This document shows positions 34,681 to 38,902 of a stretch of 38,902 bases of DNA, one piece after another. The stretch lies in contig NC_068981.1 in NCBI RefSeq assembly GCF_001194135.2, forward strand, positions 135,712,744 through 135,751,645. The letters are read 5' to 3'. Position 1 is the first letter of the stretch. The number at the start of each line of letters is the position of its first letter. The position numbers and the translations under genes are program-made. The notes under the pieces were generated by a model, which ran no database searches, was not told the origin of the DNA, and worked only from the letters and a program-made list of their open reading frames with translations. The stretch is from Octopus bimaculoides (Eukaryota).

Positions 34681-35109
34681 AGTAATAATAACTATATACA
34701 CGACACCTTAGCCAGCAGCAGCAGCAGTAGCAGCAGCAGTATAAGCAGCAGCAGCACCACCACCACAACCACCACGTTATTAAAACCGAAACACAAAACG
34801 TCTCACTACATCCATCATCACTGTGATTTCAAGCACGCTTATGTAATCACAATAGCTATGTGCCTTCCACTACGGCTACCAGCGCACTTTTATTGTTGCT
34901 ATTATTCCTCTATAGCTATACGGAGAAACCTCTCTCTCGTGCGCGCGTGCGTGTGTGCGTGTGTGTGTTTGTATACGGTTTAAGATATAAATCAAGCGCA
35001 CGTTTTGTTGACATCAAAAGTAGTAAACTATTTGACACACTAAATTAATATTTTCAGTAGTAAGTTGCTGTTTCCTTTTTAAGCATACATACATATATAC
35101 ACACTTATA

Positions 35110-35144
35110 TGTATGCATGCAACCAGACATACATACATGCATGC

Positions 35145-35180
<36 letters not shown>

Positions 35181-35280
35181 TCAAACCTACCTACTTACCT
35201 ACCTACCTACACACGCACACAGCGACACATACATACGTACAGGCATATATGCATTTATGCTTGCATACATAAATATATAT
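35110..35280. repeat. CATA/CCTA compound microsatellite
   Basis: Direct reading. Confidence 0.9.
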
Positions 35281-35283
35281 ATC

Positions 35284-35634
35284 TTGCGTTGTCAGAGCTA
35301 GGATGCGTGCTCTGAGGAACGAAGGAGTTGGAGCCGCCCGAGAGGCCCGAGTGGCGGAGGCGCAACGTGGCAACAGAGCCACCATAAGGTCACTTACAGA
35401 TGAACAGGGGCGCGAATTACTCGAGCCTAAAAGGATGTGTGAGGCCTTTCAACAACACTTTGCCTGACTGTTTGGGACAACTGGTGGGTCAAAACGCAGA
35501 GTGGACTTTAGTGCTTACCTGCATGACCTGCCACGACTCTCAACAAGAGAGGCAGAGTGGTGTGAAAGACCCATCACAGCCGCGGACGTACGGGATACGA
35601 TGGCAGGCTGCGCGAGAGACAAGTCACCAAGCTT
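35284..35634 (+). mobile_element. Tx1/L1-like LINE ORF2 fragment (linker up to the start of RT), running into a gap
   Basis: CVVRARMRALRNEG...SLTDEQGRELLEPKRMCEAFQQHFA*LFG...DFSAYLHDLPRLSTREAEWCERPITAADVRDTMAGCARDKSPSL follows the L1/Tx1 F..F...LF...LP.LS.......PIT..EV..A......KSPG.DG pattern. Locally GC-rich. Confidence 0.8.
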
Positions 35635-36258
35635 NNNNNNNNNNNNNNNNNNNNNNNNNNNNNNNNNNNNNNNNNNNNNNNNNNNNNNNNNNNNNNNNNN
35701 NNNNNNNNNNNNNNNNNNNNNNNNNNNNNNNNNNNNNNNNNNNNNNNNNNNNNNNNNNNNNNNNNNNNNNNNNNNNNNNNNNNNNNNNNNNNNNNNNNNN
35801 NNNNNNNNNNNNNNNNNNNNNNNNNNNNNNNNNNNNNNNNNNNNNNNNNNNNNNNNNNNNNNNNNNNNNNNNNNNNNNNNNNNNNNNNNNNNNNNNNNNN
35901 NNNNNNNNNNNNNNNNNNNNNNNNNNNNNNNNNNNNNNNNNNNNNNNNNNNNNNNNNNNNNNNNNNNNNNNNNNNNNNNNNNNNNNNNNNNNNNNNNNNA
36001 TATTTTTTCTGACTGTATTTGCTTGAAAAAACATACTTTTCTTTATATCAAGCAATTCATTATAATTACTTTTACGATGTACCTAAATAAAAACCATCGT
36101 TATAGATAAGCATTTCTCAACATTTTTCGCGATTTGGCTTCCCTTGGACATTGAAAAAATTTATTTCGGCTCCCCTGTGTTGATGAAAAATTTAATCCAG
36201 CTTCCCATGTATCTGAGATAGACCGGCCTGCCCATGACAAATCTGACAAAAGGGGGGA

Positions 36259-36920
36259 CCCGCAAAACTACCAGCTCACGAACTGCATCTGAATGTTGGC
36301 GCGCCAATCATGCTGCTAAGGAATTTAGATGCTCTAATAATGTGCAATGGTACACGGATGATTATCAAAAAATTGTGCTCCCGAGTTCTGTAGGCAACAA
36401 TCTTGAATGAACCGGCCGCTGACTTAGACATACTTATAACTCCCATGTCCTTTATCCACTCCGATACGACCTATAAGTTTAAGCAGATGCAATTTCCCAT
36501 CAAACTCTGCTTTCCCATGACAATCAACAATGCGCAGGGACAATCAGTGCAAGTGGTTGGTTTGAATCTGACAGAGCAAGTATTCTCACACGCACAACTG
36601 TATGTTGGCTGTCCCCATGGTCTTTCTATTTGTGCACCCGAGGGAAGGACGAAAAATGTCGTCTACCAAGAGGTACTCCAATGTTAACAACGGCAACTTC
36701 AACTGCTCCAATTTCATCTCCGCAATTTTTTCATCGTCCTGCCAGCCCACATAAGTCCAGTCTTGCTTTGCTCTCCTTACTAACTCATCATGACATTTTT
36801 TTTTTCTACCAAAATCCGTCGCCCAAACACCACTTCGTATCCACTTCTTCCTCTTTTTTATGTCTTCGTTTCTCTCTTCGCGTCGTTCTCTGACCAGGTG
36901 AAACCGGACTTAGCTGCTAG
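36259..36920 (+). mobile_element. Helitron 3' portion: PIF1-type helicase C-terminus plus 3' terminus
   Basis: Single frame 36259-36687 with one stop: LPAHELHLNVGAPIMLLRNLD..CNGTRM...QFPIKLCFPMTINNAQGQS...VFSHAQLYVGC...TKNVVYQEVL. The terminus has a degenerate GC hairpin (ccaggtgaaaccgg, 36894-36907) and CTAG|T at 36917-36921. Confidence 0.9.
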
Positions 36921-37164
36921 TATAAAATATTTGCTGTCCAGTTAAAAAAACCCAACAAAAACCAAAACAAAACAAAACAAAAAAACAAAAAGAAATAATT
37001 GTGATTAGGAAATACATTTTCTTTATGACTAATATATCAGTGACTAATTTTATTTATTTTGGTAAGTAAGAGAAATAACTCTAGACCTGTTTCTGTCGTT
37101 TACTCATTGAACTAATATTTTTTCTTCATCATAGTAGCATTTCTAACGCTCACTACATTTAAAA

Positions 37165-37360
37165 TATGTTGATTTCAAATTTGCGCACAAGGCCAGCAAT
37201 CTCGCAGGAGGGGGTAAATCGATTACATCAACCCCAGTGTTCCACTGATATTTATTCTATCGATCACGAAAGGATGAACGGTAAAGTCGACCTCGGTGGC
37301 ATTTGAACTCAGGACGTAAAGATGGACAAAATGGCGATAAGCATTTTGCCAGGCGCGGTG
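37165..37360 (-). mobile_element. SINE family A, tail type 1
   Basis: Reverse complement of the consensus. Confidence 0.85.
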
Positions 37361-37989
37361 TTAAGATTAATTTATGCTTTTTATGTGGATAGTATTTCCG
37401 AGTAAATTAATTAACCTCAGAGATTAATTTTATAATTAATGATTTCTTTTATGATAATGATTTCTTTTCTCAAGTCAATCTTTAGGGCAGAAGTTTTTCT
37501 AATTACATTTTTGATGCTCATTACATGTAAATATGCTAAGACTAACTTAATTTTTGATTTTCATGCAAATGGCGTCTCCAAGCAATTAATTAACCTCGGT
37601 GAAATATTTGTTTTTATAATTAATGTTTAAAATAACAATTTTTAAAAAATGAGAATATCTAACTGCGTGACTTGATTTGGATTGCTATATTTAGCAAATT
37701 TACCGGATGTCACTCTCACTGAAATACTCACAAAAATCTGTTGAACCATCCTTATACTTGTAAGTGGAAGTGTAGCATATGTTTCTGATATAAGTATATA
37801 TATATGTATATAAAAATTGCAAAGAGCAATCAGTCTATATTTGTTCAGTTTTGGGATAAACCTTCAGTCATTTCTTTTATAAAAGTCAATTAACCCTCAA
37901 TTGTTTTTTTTTCTCTTTTACAAACGTCAATCAGTTGTATACCAAGCGTGTACTAGCATGACAGACCCTGCAATCCGTAATTTCTTGGT

Positions 37990-38440
37990 AATTTTAAATA
38001 TCTACCAGTGATTAAACAACTGGATTTAATAAGAATATTGTCATCAGGTACAGAGATGATGTATTACCAAAAGAATTGTTCATACTTCATTGCTGAACGC
38101 GAGAGAGTTGTTTTCCCTCTCTAATTTTGAGTAGATTAATGTTTCTTTAAAATCTATCTGCCCTGTTCCACACAATAAGTGTTTGCAAATATGTAAAGGC
38201 TCCGTAAACATCGATAAAGTAGTGAAAGAACATTTTACCAAACTTTTTTAAAAATAGCAGTCCATATTTTCTCTTTGTAACAAGACAGTATCCAGTAATG
38301 CATTTGCCGTACAAGATACCGACAGCAACAGAAGCAGCCAAGAGCGAATTATTAAAACAAGCAAAGCCATAACATCAACTGGAAGATTCTTTGGGTATAA
38401 ACATATCGTCAGGCGGAAGACAAAGGAAGGTACTTATGAC
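37990..38440 (-). mobile_element. Old LINE RT relic (motif 2a-3 region)
   Basis: GILYGKCITG...FIDVYGAFTYLQTLIVW has the spacing of GFR.GRS...FIDF.KAFD.V....LW. Confidence 0.35.
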
Positions 38441-38554
38441 GTATCCAGACAGCGTTTCAGTGTTCATATCATATTACCTTGACCTGCAAAAGAAATTCAT
38501 CAACCAAATAAATATTTTAAGTGAAGCCAGCGTCATCAATATTACACATAAGAA

Positions 38555-38885
38555 AGGCGGCGGGCTGGCAAAATCGTTAGCTCGCTAGGCAAAATGCTTA
38601 GCAGCATTTCTTCACGTCCAGAGTTCAAATTCTGCAGAGGTTGACTTGACTTTTAGTCTTTCTTCTTTTTTTTCGTGGTCGATAAAATAAGTACCACTTG
38701 AGCACTGGGATCGATTTGATCGACTTACATCCTTCCCCGAAATTGTTGGCCTTGTGGCAAAGTTTGAAATCAATATTTATATCACTTATAAGGTGGCTAG
38801 CTGGTAGAATCGTTAGCACGCCGGTTAAAACGCTTAGCAGCATTTCACTGGTCATTGTGTTCTGAGTTCAAATTTCACAGTGGTC
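38555..38885 (+). mobile_element. SINE family A full copy (38555-38780) followed by a second head (38790-38885)
   Basis: aaggcggcgggctggcaaaatcgttag...ggccttgtggcaaagtttgaaatcaatatt, then aaggtggctagctggtagaatcgttag...gagttcaaattt. Confidence 0.85.
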
Positions 38886-38902
38886 AGAATATATGCATGT
38901 GT

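Noticed and set aside
37403-37628. Imperfect direct repeat of about 40 bp (aattaattaacctc...ttataattaatg) spaced about 180 bp
   Set aside because: Low-complexity AT-rich and only two copies; most likely an old local duplication.
38258-38483. 75-codon plus-strand frame with possible AG/GT boundaries, and an antisense signal-peptide-like MALLVLIIRSWLLLL
   Set aside because: Weak splice signals, no family match, and it overlaps the RT-like relic on the minus strand.

Overview
Eukaryotic (animal) draft-assembly sequence that is AT-rich, saturated with microsatellites and broken by seven N-gaps. The three tRNA-derived SINE families and the microsatellite load strongly resemble octopus/coleoid cephalopod DNA; this is an inference from pattern recognition, not a database search. 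I find no supportable intact host gene, rRNA, true tRNA gene or CRISPR array. The window is a transposon graveyard. It holds roughly 25 SINE copies, decayed non-LTR retrotransposons (R4/Dong-like x2, RTE/BovB, Tx1/L1-like, CRE-like and very old LINE RT relics) and Penelope-like fragments. It also holds a Tc1 fragment, a Helitron 3' end, two TTAA-flanked piggyBac-type MITEs and a hAT-type MITE. Most ORFs in the track are microsatellite or N-gap artefacts. The best lead is at 19.4-19.9 kb on the minus strand: a Penelope GIY-YIG C-terminus, then a tRNA-like Pol III A/B-box cassette, then a minimal type I hammerhead ribozyme. A second, degenerate hammerhead sits in a TA-flanked short element at 2.2 kb. 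Other leads are two abutting perfect palindromes (3.9-4.0 kb), a spliced-ORF relic with an inverted duplicate (3.6-5.0 kb), and an RT-deleted Dong copy that appears inserted into a SINE's (ATT)n tail.
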